Shown here piece after piece: positions 20,877 to 30,891 of a DNA stretch of 64,000 nt. Below the pieces are notes generated by a model. It did not search any database. It saw only the letters and a list, made by a program, of their open reading frames with translations, and was not told where the DNA came from. The first letter of the stretch is position 1, and every line of letters begins with the position of its first letter. The stretch lies in contig CAOKSY010000001.1 in assembly GCA_948471525.1 (NCBI GenBank), forward strand, positions 243,465-307,464, written 5' to 3'. The stretch is from an uncultured Clostridia bacterium (GTDB lineage Bacteria; Bacillota; Clostridia; Christensenellales; UBA3700). The position numbers were made by a program, and so were the translations under genes.

Positions 20877-21561
20877 ATACTGCAATATAGAGGTGGGCTG
20901 CGAGAGCAAGATCTGCCCTCTCTGTCATGAAAAACTGCAAATAGACGAAAGTGTGGATCTGCCTATGGCGTATCCGCCCAAAAAACGCGAAAAAGTACCT
21001 GTAAAGAAGAAACTGCTGTCGCCGGGAAGCCTGTATACCAGTATCGCTCTGACAGTCTTCACGCTTTGTCTCGCGATAAATCTGAGACTTACTCCGACTA
21101 TATACTGGTTTGCCATCGTCGGCGCGGTGCTCATCTACGGACTTATACTCACCAAACACACTATCCTATCCAACAACAGTATCGGCATAAAGATATTCTG
21201 GCAGGCGGTCGCGATATTCGCCATACTGCTCGCATTGAACTATCTTCTGAAACATCAAATATCCAATTATATAAAAAATTGGGTGTGGGATCTCGGACTG
21301 CCCGTGATACTGATAGTATCTACGCTTGTGATAGGCATCTACACCGCTATCGCTTTCCACAAATGGCACAGCGTGATAATCGACGCGCTTACTGTGTCGG
21401 CACTGGGATTTCTGCCTGTGATATTATACGGATGCGGAGTGGTACACAACCCCGTAATGTCGATAATTTCCGCGTGTCTTTCCTCGGCGGGAATAATCTT
21501 CTGTTCGATACTGGGCAGAAAAACACTTATATCGGAATTCAAAAAGAAATTCCACGTCTGA
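20866..21561 (+). CDS. Zinc-ribbon plus polytopic membrane protein
   Basis: Start taken at ATG 20866 (GGGAGG upstream; 11-nt overlap with the upstream gene). CKYCNIEVGCESKICPLCH, then about 6 TM. Confidence 0.55.
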   Translation: MRCKYCNIEVGCESKICPLCHEKLQIDESVDLPMAYPPKKREKVPVKKKLLSPGSLYTSIALTVFTLCLAINLRLTPTIYWFAIVGAVLIYGLILTKHTILSNNSIGIKIFWQAVAIFAILLALNYLLKHQISNYIKNWVWDLGLPVILIVSTLVIGIYTAIAFHKWHSVIIDALTVSALGFLPVILYGCGVVHNPVMSIISACLSSAGIIFCSILGRKTLISEFKKKFHV

Positions 21562-21700
21562 TAAACGGTCGGCGCAAAATATCGCCGCTCTAGAATACGC
21601 ATAAACGACATAAAATCCTTGCAAATATCCATAAAATATACTATAATTATTTTGGTTTTGCGCAAGGCGGCAAATACAGTCACTATACAAGGAGAAAATT

Positions 21701-22654
21701 ATGTATCTGATAGGAATAGACGTAGGCGGTATGAGCATAAAAGGCGGAATAGTTTCGTCGGAAGGTCAAATAATATATAAGACGACGGTTCCCACCGCCG
21801 AAAAGTATACCGCTGACTACAGCATAAGCGAAGATATACGCAAAGTGATAGACGCGCTTCTGGACGGAGCGAAGATATCGGTAAAAGAGATAAAAGGCGT
21901 TGGCATAGGTCAGCCGGGCTCGATAGATTCTAAAAGAGGCGTTATCAGATACAGCAACAATATCGCGCTCGAAAACGTGCCGGTAGTAGACGAACTCAAA
22001 AAATACTACGACCTGCCGATATTTATCAACAACGACGCAAACTGCGCTGCGCTCGGAGAATACGTATTCGGCGCGGGCAAAGGCTTCAACGACATAGTAT
22101 TTGTGACCTTGGGCACGGGCGTAGGCACCGGATTTATCATAGACGGCAAACTCTTTGAAGGAAGAGAATGCGCGGGCACCGAAGGCGGACATATGCAGAT
22201 AGACATATCCGACTCCGCTCAGGCATGTTCTTGCGGAAGAAAAGGCTGTTGGGAGGCCTATGCTTCGGCTACAGCCCTTATGCGTCAGACCAAAGCCGCT
22301 ATGAATAAATACCCCGACTCTCTTATGCATAAACTTGCCGAAGAAGAAGGCAAAGTCTCGGGTAAGACCGCTTTTGAAGCGGCTAAGAAAGGAGACGCGG
22401 CAGGTCAAAAAGTCGTCGATACGTATATAAGTTACATAACGAGCGGACTGATAAATCTCACCAATATATTCTGCCCCGACGCAATTCTGATCGGCGGAGG
22501 TATAAGCAACGAGAAAGAGTATTTGACCGATCCTATACAGAAAGCTATCAACGAAGAGAGATTCGGAGCGGCTTTCAATCCTTATGTGGAAATCAAGACG
22601 GCAAGTCTCAAAAACGACGCCGGCATACTCGGCGCGGCGGCTCTAGCTCTTTGA
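21701..22654 (+). CDS. glcK: ROK-family glucokinase
   Basis: 317 aa. IGIDVGGMSIKGG and zinc motif CSCGRKGCWEAYAS. Confidence 0.85.
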   Translation: MYLIGIDVGGMSIKGGIVSSEGQIIYKTTVPTAEKYTADYSISEDIRKVIDALLDGAKISVKEIKGVGIGQPGSIDSKRGVIRYSNNIALENVPVVDELKKYYDLPIFINNDANCAALGEYVFGAGKGFNDIVFVTLGTGVGTGFIIDGKLFEGRECAGTEGGHMQIDISDSAQACSCGRKGCWEAYASATALMRQTKAAMNKYPDSLMHKLAEEEGKVSGKTAFEAAKKGDAAGQKVVDTYISYITSGLINLTNIFCPDAILIGGGISNEKEYLTDPIQKAINEERFGAAFNPYVEIKTASLKNDAGILGAAALAL

Positions 22655-22666
22655 TCGGAGGTAATA

Positions 22667-23029
22667 ATGAAAGACAAATATAAATTGCTCAACGCTTACG
22701 GAGACGAACTCAATCAAGGACTTGTTCCCGCCACGGAAGAAGAGACCAAGATGTGCGAGGAAAAGGAAAAAAGTATAGGCGCTCTGCCTGTAGGCTACGT
22801 AAAAGTAGACAGCGGAAGACCGGGAATCAAATCTACGGCGAAATATTATAAACTCGTCAAACTCGATACCGAACAGCAAGAACAAAAACTTAAGGCGGAA
22901 AATCTTCGCAGAATCCGCAATATCGACAGACATACCCGCGTACAGGTAATATTGCAAAGCATCTCGCTTGGATTTGTCGTATTGACTTCTATATTTGTGT
23001 TTGCGGCGCTCTTCCTATTGGACAAATAA
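22667..23029 (+). CDS. Hypothetical protein with C-terminal TM anchor
   Basis: 120 aa, 13 nt after glcK, no recognisable family. Confidence 0.45.
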   Translation: MKDKYKLLNAYGDELNQGLVPATEEETKMCEEKEKSIGALPVGYVKVDSGRPGIKSTAKYYKLVKLDTEQQEQKLKAENLRRIRNIDRHTRVQVILQSISLGFVVLTSIFVFAALFLLDK

Positions 23030-23052
23030 TATTTACCTTCTATAAATAAAAT

Positions 23053-23084
23053 AAAAACGGCATCGCTCGATGCCGTTTATTTAT
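23053..23084. terminator. Bidirectional terminator
   Basis: AAACGGCATCG..CGATGCCGTTT stem flanked by A- and T-runs. Confidence 0.6.
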
Positions 23085-23098
23085 TTCCCCGCTTTAAA

Positions 23099-23689
23099 TT
23101 ACAGACCTTGGAGTCTGGCTTTGATCTCCGGTCCGCCGTAAGTCTGCGCCATATCCAAAAGCCCGTCTTCGACGGTTTGGATCTCTCGCGACATACACAT
23201 TATCTTAGCCAAAAAAACTTCTGCCTTCTGAAGATACTCCACTTCCTTCTCGATATTGAAATTGCGATTGTTGTTTCTCAAAATAAATAAGAATACGCAC
23301 AATCCTAAATTAAAGATCGAAATCGTCACCGCAAACGCAAAAAAGATATGAAGTACTATAACGACCGAATTTGCCTTTTCGACGCCGAAAAGTTTGACGG
23401 AACAGAACAGCGAGCCCGCTATAGACAACACGAATAAAAATCCGATCAAAGCGTACGCAACCAAATATCCCACGTCCTTTTTGATAAGTTTTCTGATCTT
23501 TGCCGCTTCCGCGCAGTCGCTGTCGATCTTCTTGCGAATAAGCTCTATATTCTTTTTTTCCGTCGCCAAAACCTCTTTCAATTCAGTCAGTTTTTCGTCG
23601 TTCATACTGTCGCAAAAATCCGATATTATCGCTTCTTGATCGATTGAGGCAACTTTTTTCTCAGTTTCTTCAATTTTATTATTTTTCAT
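23099..23689 (-). CDS. Hypothetical coiled-coil plus 3-TM membrane protein
   Basis: Start chosen at ATG 23689 (AGGTG upstream). The ORF-track ORF extends to 23740. Confidence 0.45.
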   Translation of the reverse strand: MKNNKIEETEKKVASIDQEAIISDFCDSMNDEKLTELKEVLATEKKNIELIRKKIDSDCAEAAKIRKLIKKDVGYLVAYALIGFLFVLSIAGSLFCSVKLFGVEKANSVVIVLHIFFAFAVTISIFNLGLCVFLFILRNNNRNFNIEKEVEYLQKAEVFLAKIMCMSREIQTVEDGLLDMAQTYGGPEIKARLQGL

Positions 23690-23761
23690 ACTACACCTAT
23701 TATATTGATTTTTTATGCTGTATGGCTTGTTATAGGTCAAAAGACCTGATATAATTAAATT

Positions 23762-23962
23762 ATGCCGTACGTAGAAGCCTTAAAAGAAATAATGAAAATA
23801 CACGATCTCAGTCAAAAAGAGTTGGCCGATATACTGGGCGTCAACCAAACTACCGTCAGTCAGTGGCTACTGGGAAGAAAAAAACCCGGTTACGACAGTA
23901 TTATGGCTATTTACAAAAATTTTGACGTCGAACCGAATTTTCTCTTCGGCATCGATTACTGA
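23762..23962 (+). CDS. XRE-family HTH transcriptional regulator
   Basis: 66 aa. LSQKELADILGVNQTTVSQWL. Confidence 0.75.
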   Translation: MPYVEALKEIMKIHDLSQKELADILGVNQTTVSQWLLGRKKPGYDSIMAIYKNFDVEPNFLFGIDY

Positions 23963-24113
23963 TTTATATCGTTTGTCGCCCGTTCATCCTCAAATAACCT
24001 GCGCAAATCATAAATAATTTATCAAAGTATATTTATAATATACTATTGTTTTTTAAAATTGTCAACTGTTCTTTATATAATAGTATTGTAATAATAGACT
24101 AAAGAGGACAGTT

Positions 24114-24398
24114 ATGTTAGAAGAAAATATCAAAATGCTGAGAAAATCTTTCTCGTTAAGTCAAGTAGAACTCGCGCATGTACTGGGCGTAAGCAAACAA
24201 TGCGTTTCCAACTGGGAGAACGGGTACATCCAACCTTCTCTGGATATGTTTATCAAAATAGCCCAATACTTTAACGTCTCTACAGATTATTTGCTAGGAC
24301 TTAGCAAAAGCAATCCCATATCTACGGACGGATTGAGCGAAAAGGAGATCGCTCATATAAAACTGATCGTTCAGGATATGCTGGCAAATAAAAAATAA
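24114..24398 (+). CDS. XRE-family HTH transcriptional regulator
   Basis: 94 aa. LSQVELAHVLGVSKQCVSNWENG. Confidence 0.75.
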   Translation: MLEENIKMLRKSFSLSQVELAHVLGVSKQCVSNWENGYIQPSLDMFIKIAQYFNVSTDYLLGLSKSNPISTDGLSEKEIAHIKLIVQDMLANKK

Positions 24399-24429
24399 AC
24401 CGATCAAGCCGCAAAACTTAGTTAAATTC

Positions 24430-24466
24430 AGGGTCTTCCCGTCTTTGGGAAGACCCTTTGTCTTTA
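24430..24466. terminator. Bidirectional terminator (XRE / gyrA convergent)
   Basis: GGGTCTTCCC-gtcttt-GGGAAGACCC followed by a T-rich run. Confidence 0.65.
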
Positions 24467-24467
24467 A

Positions 24468-27026
24468 TTATTCTTCCGTTGCGTTATCGGACTGCTCCGC
24501 CGCGCTTTCGCTCGTTTGTGGCTCCGCCGCCGCTCCGTCTTGGTTGTTTTCCTCAGTCGGTTCTGCTTCTTCTTCCTGATGAGGTACGATCGTAAATGCT
24601 ACGACTTTCGCCTTGTCGTCTTTCATCTTCATTACTTTGACGCCCTGCGTATTTCTGCCTATCTTAGATATCTCGTCCGCCTTGACTCTGATGATAATTC
24701 CATTGTCCGCGATTATCATTACGTCGTCGGTCTCGGGATTGACGAGTTTGAGATTAACGACGTTGCCCGTCTTATCGTTGAGCACGCCCACTTTGATACC
24801 GCTGCCGGCTCTGCCCTGTACGCGATACTCTTCGAGATCCGTACGCTTGCCGTAACCGTTTTCGGTGATCGTCAGCACTTCGCAACCGTCCTTGACTATT
24901 GTCATATCGACGACGACTTCGCCCTTGTCGAGACGGATGGACTTGACGCCCATACTTGTTCTTCCCGTCGCTCTGACGTCTTCTTCGGCAAATCTGATAC
25001 ACTTGCCGCCGCTCGAGGCCATTATTATCTGCTCGTCGCCGCGAGTGAGCTGTACGCTTATCAATTCGTCGTCTTCGCTTGCAAAGTTGATCGCCTTCTT
25101 GCCGTTGCTGTTGATACGCACGAATTCGTCGAGCGTAGTCTTCTTAATAAGACCTTGTTTCGTCGCCATCATCAGATAGCCTTCGCTCTCCTTCGGCACG
25201 GGCACGTATGCGTTGATGACCTCTCCCGGCTCAAGATTGAGAAGATTGACGATAGCTCTTCCTTTTGCTCCCTTGCTCGCCTCGGGTATCTGATAGCCCT
25301 TGGTGCGATATACCTTGCCCTTATTGGAGAAGAAAAGAATATTGTCGTGCGTGGACGTGGTGATGACGTTCTCGACAAAATCCTCTTCCTTCGTCTTGTG
25401 AGCGGATACGCCTACGCCGCCGCGGCGCTGCGCCTTGTACTCGTCGACGGGCATACGTTTGATATAACCGTTGTGAGTAATGGACAGTATTACATCCTCT
25501 ACTTCTATAAGATCTTCTATGTCGATATCCGAATAGTCGTAGGTTATTTCCGAACGTCTCGGTTCGTTATACTTATCCTTTATCTCCAGAAGTTCCGTCT
25601 TGATTATCTCTACGACCCTGTTCGGATTGGCGAGTATGTCTCTCAAGTCTGCGATAAGTTTTTCAAGTTCCGCCAACTCTTCCTGTATCTTTTCTACTTC
25701 GAGAGCGGTAAGTCTCTGCAATCTCATCTCGAGGATCGCGATCGCCTGCTTTTCGCTGAGTTCAAATCTTGCGGTAAGATTTTCTATCGCCGACTGTCTG
25801 TCTTTGGATTTCTTTATCGTATCTATTACTTCGTCTATGTTGGTCAAAGCCTTGACGAGTCCAAGCAAAATATGTTCTCTCTCGAGCGCCTTGTCGAGAT
25901 CGAACTGCGTTCTTCTCGTAATGACGGATTTTTGATGCTTGACGTACTCTTGCAATATCTCCTTGAGATTGAGTACCTTGGGAGTTCCGTCTACGAGCGC
26001 AAGCATTATCATAGAATGCGATATCTGCAGTTGGGTGTGCTTATAGAGCATATTGAGCACTACCTGCGGATTGGCGTCCTTCTTGACGTCGATTACAATA
26101 CGCATACCTTCCTTGTCGGAAAGCTCGTGTATATCCGAAATGCCCTCTATTCTCTTCTGCTTCACAAGATCCGCCATATTCTCTATCAGCTTGGCTTTGT
26201 TGACCTGATAAGGTATCTCGGATATCGTGATCTTGGATTTTCCGTTGTTGTTTTCCTCTATTTCAGCCCTAGCGCGGATGATACAGTTACCGCGTCCCGT
26301 GCGATACGCTTTCTTTATTCCGCCGCCGCCCATGATATACGCTCCCGTCGGATAGTCCGGAGCGGGGATCAAATCCATAAGCTGTTCTATATCTATATCG
26401 GGGTCGTCGAGCAATGCGATTGTGCCGTCGATAACTTCGCCGAGATTGTGCGGGGGAATAGACGTCGCCATACCTACGGCGATACCGTCGGATCCGTTGA
26501 CGAGCAAATTGGGATATCTGGACGGCAATACGACAGGCTGTTCTCTCGTATCGTCGAAGTTGGGATAAAAATCTACCGTCTTCTTGTCAATTCCTCTTAT
26601 CATCTCGTCGGCTATCTTGCTGAGTCTCGCCTCAGTATAACGGTAAGCCGCCGCCGGGTCGCCGTCGACGGAACCGAAGTTACCGTGTCCGTCTACAAGC
26701 GTGCATCTTATAGAGAAATCCTGCGCAAGTCTTACAAGCGCGTCGTATACAGACAAGTCTCCGTGCGGATGGTATTTACCCAGCACGTCTCCGACTATAA
26801 GCGCGCACTTTCTGTACGGCTTGTCGGATGTCAGACCTAGCTCGTTCATAGCGTAAAGTATTCTTCTGTGAACGGGCTTGAGACCGTCTCTTACGTCGGG
26901 GATCGCTCTCGATACGTTGACCGCCATAGCGTAGGCAATAAACGACGTCTTCATCTCTTTGACCGCGTCTACCTCGACTACGTTGGTCTTGTCAAGCATC
27001 TCGAATATATCTTTCTTATCTTCCAT
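24468..27026 (-). CDS. gyrA: DNA gyrase subunit A
   Basis: 852 aa. Active-site region [11 protein letters not shown], full length including the C-terminal beta-pinwheel, acidic tail. GGAGGG RBS. Confidence 0.97.
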   Translation of the reverse strand: MEDKKDIFEMLDKTNVVEVDAVKEMKTSFIAYAMAVNVSRAIPDVRDGLKPVHRRILYAMNELGLTSDKPYRKCALIVGDVLGKYHPHGDLSVYDALVRLAQDFSIRCTLVDGHGNFGSVDGDPAAAYRYTEARLSKIADEMIRGIDKKTVDFYPNFDDTREQPVVLPSRYPNLLVNGSDGIAVGMATSIPPHNLGEVIDGTIALLDDPDIDIEQLMDLIPAPDYPTGAYIMGGGGIKKAYRTGRGNCIIRARAEIEENNNGKSKITISEIPYQVNKAKLIENMADLVKQKRIEGISDIHELSDKEGMRIVIDVKKDANPQVVLNMLYKHTQLQISHSMIMLALVDGTPKVLNLKEILQEYVKHQKSVITRRTQFDLDKALEREHILLGLVKALTNIDEVIDTIKKSKDRQSAIENLTARFELSEKQAIAILEMRLQRLTALEVEKIQEELAELEKLIADLRDILANPNRVVEIIKTELLEIKDKYNEPRRSEITYDYSDIDIEDLIEVEDVILSITHNGYIKRMPVDEYKAQRRGGVGVSAHKTKEEDFVENVITTSTHDNILFFSNKGKVYRTKGYQIPEASKGAKGRAIVNLLNLEPGEVINAYVPVPKESEGYLMMATKQGLIKKTTLDEFVRINSNGKKAINFASEDDELISVQLTRGDEQIIMASSGGKCIRFAEEDVRATGRTSMGVKSIRLDKGEVVVDMTIVKDGCEVLTITENGYGKRTDLEEYRVQGRAGSGIKVGVLNDKTGNVVNLKLVNPETDDVMIIADNGIIIRVKADEISKIGRNTQGVKVMKMKDDKAKVVAFTIVPHQEEEAEPTEENNQDGAAAEPQTSESAAEQSDNATEE

Positions 27027-27041
27027 TATTCGTCCCTCCTA

Positions 27042-28952
27042 TCACACGTCAAGATCTTTGACGAGGTTGGCGTTTTCTTCGATAAACGTGCGTCGTTTCT
27101 CAGGTTCGTCGCCCATAAGCACCGTAAATATCTCGTCTGCTTCTTCCGCGTCTTTGAGATTTACTCTCAAAAGCGTACGTCTCTCAGGATCCATAGTCGT
27201 TTCCCAAAGCTGTTCCGCATCCATCTCTCCGAGACCTTTATAACGCTGTATTTCCGCTTTTCTGCCTATGCTTACCAAAAACTCTTCAAGCGACGGATCG
27301 TCATAGAAATAGTTTTCTTTCTTGCTGCCTTTCTGAACTACTTTATAGAGCGGCGGCTGAGCGATATAGACGTGTCCCTGCTCTACTATCGGCTTCATAA
27401 AGCGGTAGAAGAACGTCAGCAAAAGTATTCTGATGTGGCTGCCGTCTACGTCGGCATCGGTCATACATATTATTCTGTCGTACTTGAGTTTGTTGACGTC
27501 GCAGTCTTCGTTGATGCCGCAGCCGAACGTCGTAATCATATTCTTTATCTCTTCGCTCTCGAGTACTCTGTTGAGCCTTGCTTTCTCCACGTTAAGTATC
27601 TTGCCTCTGAGCGGCAATATCGCCTGAAAACGTCTGTCTCTGCCTTGCTTTGCGGTACCGCCCGCGCTATCGCCCTCTACGAGATATATCTCGCACTTTC
27701 TCGGATCTTTGTCCGAACAGTCCGCGAGTTTTCCCGGAAGAGTGGTAGATTCGAGCACTGATTTTCTTCTCGTGAGATCTCTTGCGTTTCTAGCCGCGTC
27801 TCTTGCCTTTTTAGCGTTGACGGCTTTGAGTATAAGCTCTTTTGCCTCGCGTGGGTTTTCTTCCAAAAATTCGCCGAATTTCTCGCTGAAAACCTTTGAT
27901 ACGACTCCGCGCATAAAGCTGTTGCCGAGTTTTGTTTTCGTCTGTCCTTCGAATTGAGGATCTATGAGTTTTACGCTCACTATGGCGACAAGACCTTCTC
28001 TGCAATCGTCGCCGGAAAGTTTTTCGTCGTTTTTAAGTATCTTGAGAGAAGTGCCGTAATCGTTGAACAACTTGGTCAATACCGATTTAAATCCGTCGAG
28101 ATGAGTACCGCCCTCGTGGGTATTGATATTGTTGGCGTAACTGTATATATTCTCGCTGTAGCTGTCGTTGTATTGCATAGCGATCTCCACCTGATAGTCG
28201 TCGGTCGCGGAATAGATATACAGCGGTTTTTCAAGCACGCCCTTGTCTTTATTGAGCACGTCCACGTATTCCACTATACCGCCTTCGTAGTGGAATTCTA
28301 TCTCGTTTTCTTTCAAAGGTCTGCTGTCTTTGAGGACGATCCTCAAGCCTTTGTTGAGATAAGCCAATTCCTGTATGCGGTGTTTTAAGGTATCGAAATC
28401 GAAATCTGTGGTCTCGAATATATCGGGATCGGGATAGAAAGTGATCTTCGTACCTCTTCTGGTAGTTGCTCCCACCACTGCCAAAGGTCTCTGCGCAACG
28501 CCGCGGTTGAAAGACATCTTGAAGAGTTTGCCGTTTTGCGCGACTTCTACGTCAAGCCATTCGGAAAGCGCGTTTACGCACGAAACGCCTACGCCGTGCA
28601 GACCGCCGGAAAACTTATATCCGCCTCCGCCGAACTTGCCGCCCGCGTGCAATTTGGTCAATACGACTTCTACAGCCGATTTACCTTCTTTTTCTATTAT
28701 GCCTGTTGGGATACCTCTTCCGTTATCGGTCACGCTGACAGAACCGTCCTGCATTATCTCTACGACGACTTTGTCGCAGTATCCCGCCATAGCTTCGTCA
28801 ATAGAGTTATCTACAACTTCGTATACCAAATGGTGCAGACCTCTCTCGTCTGTCGAACCGATATACATTCCGGGACGCTTTCTGACAGGTTCCAGTCCTT
28901 CGAGGACTTGAATATTTTCCTGAGTATAACCGTTGTGTCCGTTTTCGCCCAT
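27042..28952 (-). CDS. gyrB: DNA gyrase subunit B
   Basis: Start at ATG 28952 (GGAGG RBS). [16 protein letters not shown] (GHKL), [12 protein letters not shown] (Toprim), [12 protein letters not shown]. Confidence 0.97.
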   Translation of the reverse strand: MGENGHNGYTQENIQVLEGLEPVRKRPGMYIGSTDERGLHHLVYEVVDNSIDEAMAGYCDKVVVEIMQDGSVSVTDNGRGIPTGIIEKEGKSAVEVVLTKLHAGGKFGGGGYKFSGGLHGVGVSCVNALSEWLDVEVAQNGKLFKMSFNRGVAQRPLAVVGATTRRGTKITFYPDPDIFETTDFDFDTLKHRIQELAYLNKGLRIVLKDSRPLKENEIEFHYEGGIVEYVDVLNKDKGVLEKPLYIYSATDDYQVEIAMQYNDSYSENIYSYANNINTHEGGTHLDGFKSVLTKLFNDYGTSLKILKNDEKLSGDDCREGLVAIVSVKLIDPQFEGQTKTKLGNSFMRGVVSKVFSEKFGEFLEENPREAKELILKAVNAKKARDAARNARDLTRRKSVLESTTLPGKLADCSDKDPRKCEIYLVEGDSAGGTAKQGRDRRFQAILPLRGKILNVEKARLNRVLESEEIKNMITTFGCGINEDCDVNKLKYDRIICMTDADVDGSHIRILLLTFFYRFMKPIVEQGHVYIAQPPLYKVVQKGSKKENYFYDDPSLEEFLVSIGRKAEIQRYKGLGEMDAEQLWETTMDPERRTLLRVNLKDAEEADEIFTVLMGDEPEKRRTFIEENANLVKDLDV

Positions 28953-28981
28953 ATTTACCTCCGTTTGTTTTACTTGTCTCT

Positions 28982-29015
28982 CACACGCACACACGTGCGT
29001 ACGTGCGCATACGCA
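28982..29015. repeat. 34-nt strictly alternating pyrimidine/purine tract (Z-DNA-prone) in the gyrB leader/promoter
   Basis: CACACGCACACACGTGCGTACGTGCGCATACGCA. I checked every position and each one alternates Py/Pu. Confidence 0.9.
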
Positions 29016-29106
29016 AGATTATAATATTATAATAAAATAATTATATCATATTAATATACTGCAATACAAGCATTTTGAGAAAATCTATTAAATTAAAAGA
29101 CGGTCG

Positions 29107-29655
29107 TCACCGATCGCCTTTTACTATACCGTAAAAACACATATCCTTTATTCCCGTATTATTGATAAAGTATTCTCGCAGCGTCCCTTCGTATTTCATT
29201 CCGCATTTCGTCATAACTTTGCCGGAATTGACGTTTTCTTTATCGTGCATAGACTCTATCCTGTTTGCGCCCACCTCGTCAAAAAAGAAATCCATCAACG
29301 CGGAAAGCGCTTCCGAAGTTATCCCCTTCCGCCAATATTTTTTTCCTATACAATATCCAATATGTACCTTTTGAGATCTCTCGTCAATATCTACAACGCC
29401 TATAGATCCGATAGGCTCGTCGGTTTCTTTCAAAACTATCGCCCAATCGTAATAATTTTTTCTAATATAAGCGCGTTTTAACAAACAAATTCTTCTTCTG
29501 CTGTCTTTGACGTTTTTATGAGGCTGCCAACTGAGATATTTTGTCACTTCGCTGTCATTTGCCCAATTGTAAAACATAAACTTCGCGTCTTTGAGACAAA
29601 ACCGCCTTAATATCAGTCTTTCCGTCTCTATGGTGACAGTGCCTTTATGATTCAT
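29107..29655 (-). CDS. GNAT N-acetyltransferase (RimJ/RimL-like)
   Basis: 182 aa, typical GNAT core (YCIGKKYWRKGITSEAL). Confidence 0.85.
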   Translation of the reverse strand: MNHKGTVTIETERLILRRFCLKDAKFMFYNWANDSEVTKYLSWQPHKNVKDSRRRICLLKRAYIRKNYYDWAIVLKETDEPIGSIGVVDIDERSQKVHIGYCIGKKYWRKGITSEALSALMDFFFDEVGANRIESMHDKENVNSGKVMTKCGMKYEGTLREYFINNTGIKDMCFYGIVKGDR

Positions 29656-29658
29656 TAT

Positions 29659-30735
29659 CTACTCCTTTTTCTCTATAAACACGGTATTTCTGGGCAGATC
29701 CATATCAAAATCCGTACAAGTTATTATCGTCTGCAATCCGCTTGAGAGTTCCATAAGTTTTTGACGTCTGTATAAGTCCAATTCACTGAGTACGTCGTCG
29801 AGAAGCAATACCGGCTTTTCTCCTATCTCGCTCTCGAAAAGATATATCTCCGCAAGTTTCAACGATAAAGCAACTGTCCTCTGCTGTCCCTGAGATCCGT
29901 ATTTTCTCACGTCAATACCGTTTATCTTGATAGCTATATCGTCTCTGTGACATCCGAACGACGTATAAGACAAATTAGTATCCTTTTCTATATTCGATCT
30001 CAATTTGTCGAAAAAGACAGTTTGCATTTCCTTTACGTCGCCGTATTGCACGTTGCTCTCATACTCCAACTGAAGATCTTCTTTCCCGTCTGTGATCTCC
30101 AAATGTATCTTTTTGGCAAACGTCTGTATCTTTTCTACAAATTCGTATCTCTTACCTATCATATAAGCGCCGTGCTCGGCAAGCTGAACGTCCCATCCGT
30201 AGAGCATCTCGGGAAGAGATCTCATATCTCGGCTTTCCTTGAGAAGTTTATTTCTTTGCACTAAGACGTTGTTATATTTGGACAGCGAATAAAAATATTT
30301 TTTATTTTGCTGAGACAGACTTATATCCGCAAATCTGCGTCTTTCCTGAGGACTTTCCTTTATCAATCTCATCTCGTCGGGCGAAAAAAATACTATGTTG
30401 AGCATTCCCAATATTTCGCTGAGTTTGACGAGCGGTATGCCGTCTATGGCGATTCGCTTCTTATCCTGACTGTCGATAGAATATTCTATTGTATGCGTGG
30501 AACGGTTTTTCTTGAGAGTGACTTTTATATACGCGTAATCGCTGTCCCATCTTATCATTTCTCTGTATTTATTCGTGCGCGGCGACTTGCCTATACCCAA
30601 ACAGTAAAGACTTTCCAAAAGATTGGTTTTTCCGCTCGCATTACGTCCTATTATGACGTTAAGCCCGTCTTTAAACTCAACGGTCTTATTTTCGTAGTTA
30701 CGGAAATTTTTCAAAGTGACTCTCTCTATATACAT
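29659..30735 (-). CDS. recF: DNA replication/repair protein RecF
   Basis: 358 aa. Walker A GRNASGKTNLLESL, signature GSQGQQRTVALSLKLAE, Walker B VLLLDDVLSELD. Confidence 0.93.
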   Translation of the reverse strand: MYIERVTLKNFRNYENKTVEFKDGLNVIIGRNASGKTNLLESLYCLGIGKSPRTNKYREMIRWDSDYAYIKVTLKKNRSTHTIEYSIDSQDKKRIAIDGIPLVKLSEILGMLNIVFFSPDEMRLIKESPQERRRFADISLSQQNKKYFYSLSKYNNVLVQRNKLLKESRDMRSLPEMLYGWDVQLAEHGAYMIGKRYEFVEKIQTFAKKIHLEITDGKEDLQLEYESNVQYGDVKEMQTVFFDKLRSNIEKDTNLSYTSFGCHRDDIAIKINGIDVRKYGSQGQQRTVALSLKLAEIYLFESEIGEKPVLLLDDVLSELDLYRRQKLMELSSGLQTIITCTDFDMDLPRNTVFIEKKE

Positions 30736-30891
30736 ATATTTATTTTACATTATACGGATATTTTTATCAAGCGATATAAAAAATTTGAGAGATTGTACTT
30801 TTATATAATATATAATTACAAAGTGCTTTTATCGCCAAAATTAAGCGGTAAATCCATTGAAATTTCATTAATTTTATATTATAATATACGT

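Noticed and set aside
24516-26840. 774-aa plus-strand ORF (and 26868-27761, 297 aa)
   Set aside because: Both are antisense to gyrA and gyrB. The translations are repetitive and unlike any protein family. They are shadow ORFs caused by the codon bias of the true genes.
28953-28994. N-terminal extension of gyrB ([14 protein letters not shown])
   Set aside because: It is produced by reading through the alternating Py/Pu tract. The GGAGG RBS sits in front of ATG 28952, where GyrB homology starts.
30307-30891. Upstream extension of the dnaA ORF (ORF track 30307..32238, 643 aa)
   Set aside because: The extension overlaps recF on the opposite strand and translates to non-protein-like sequence. 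DnaA homology begins at MEECKKLWNILL (ATG 30892).
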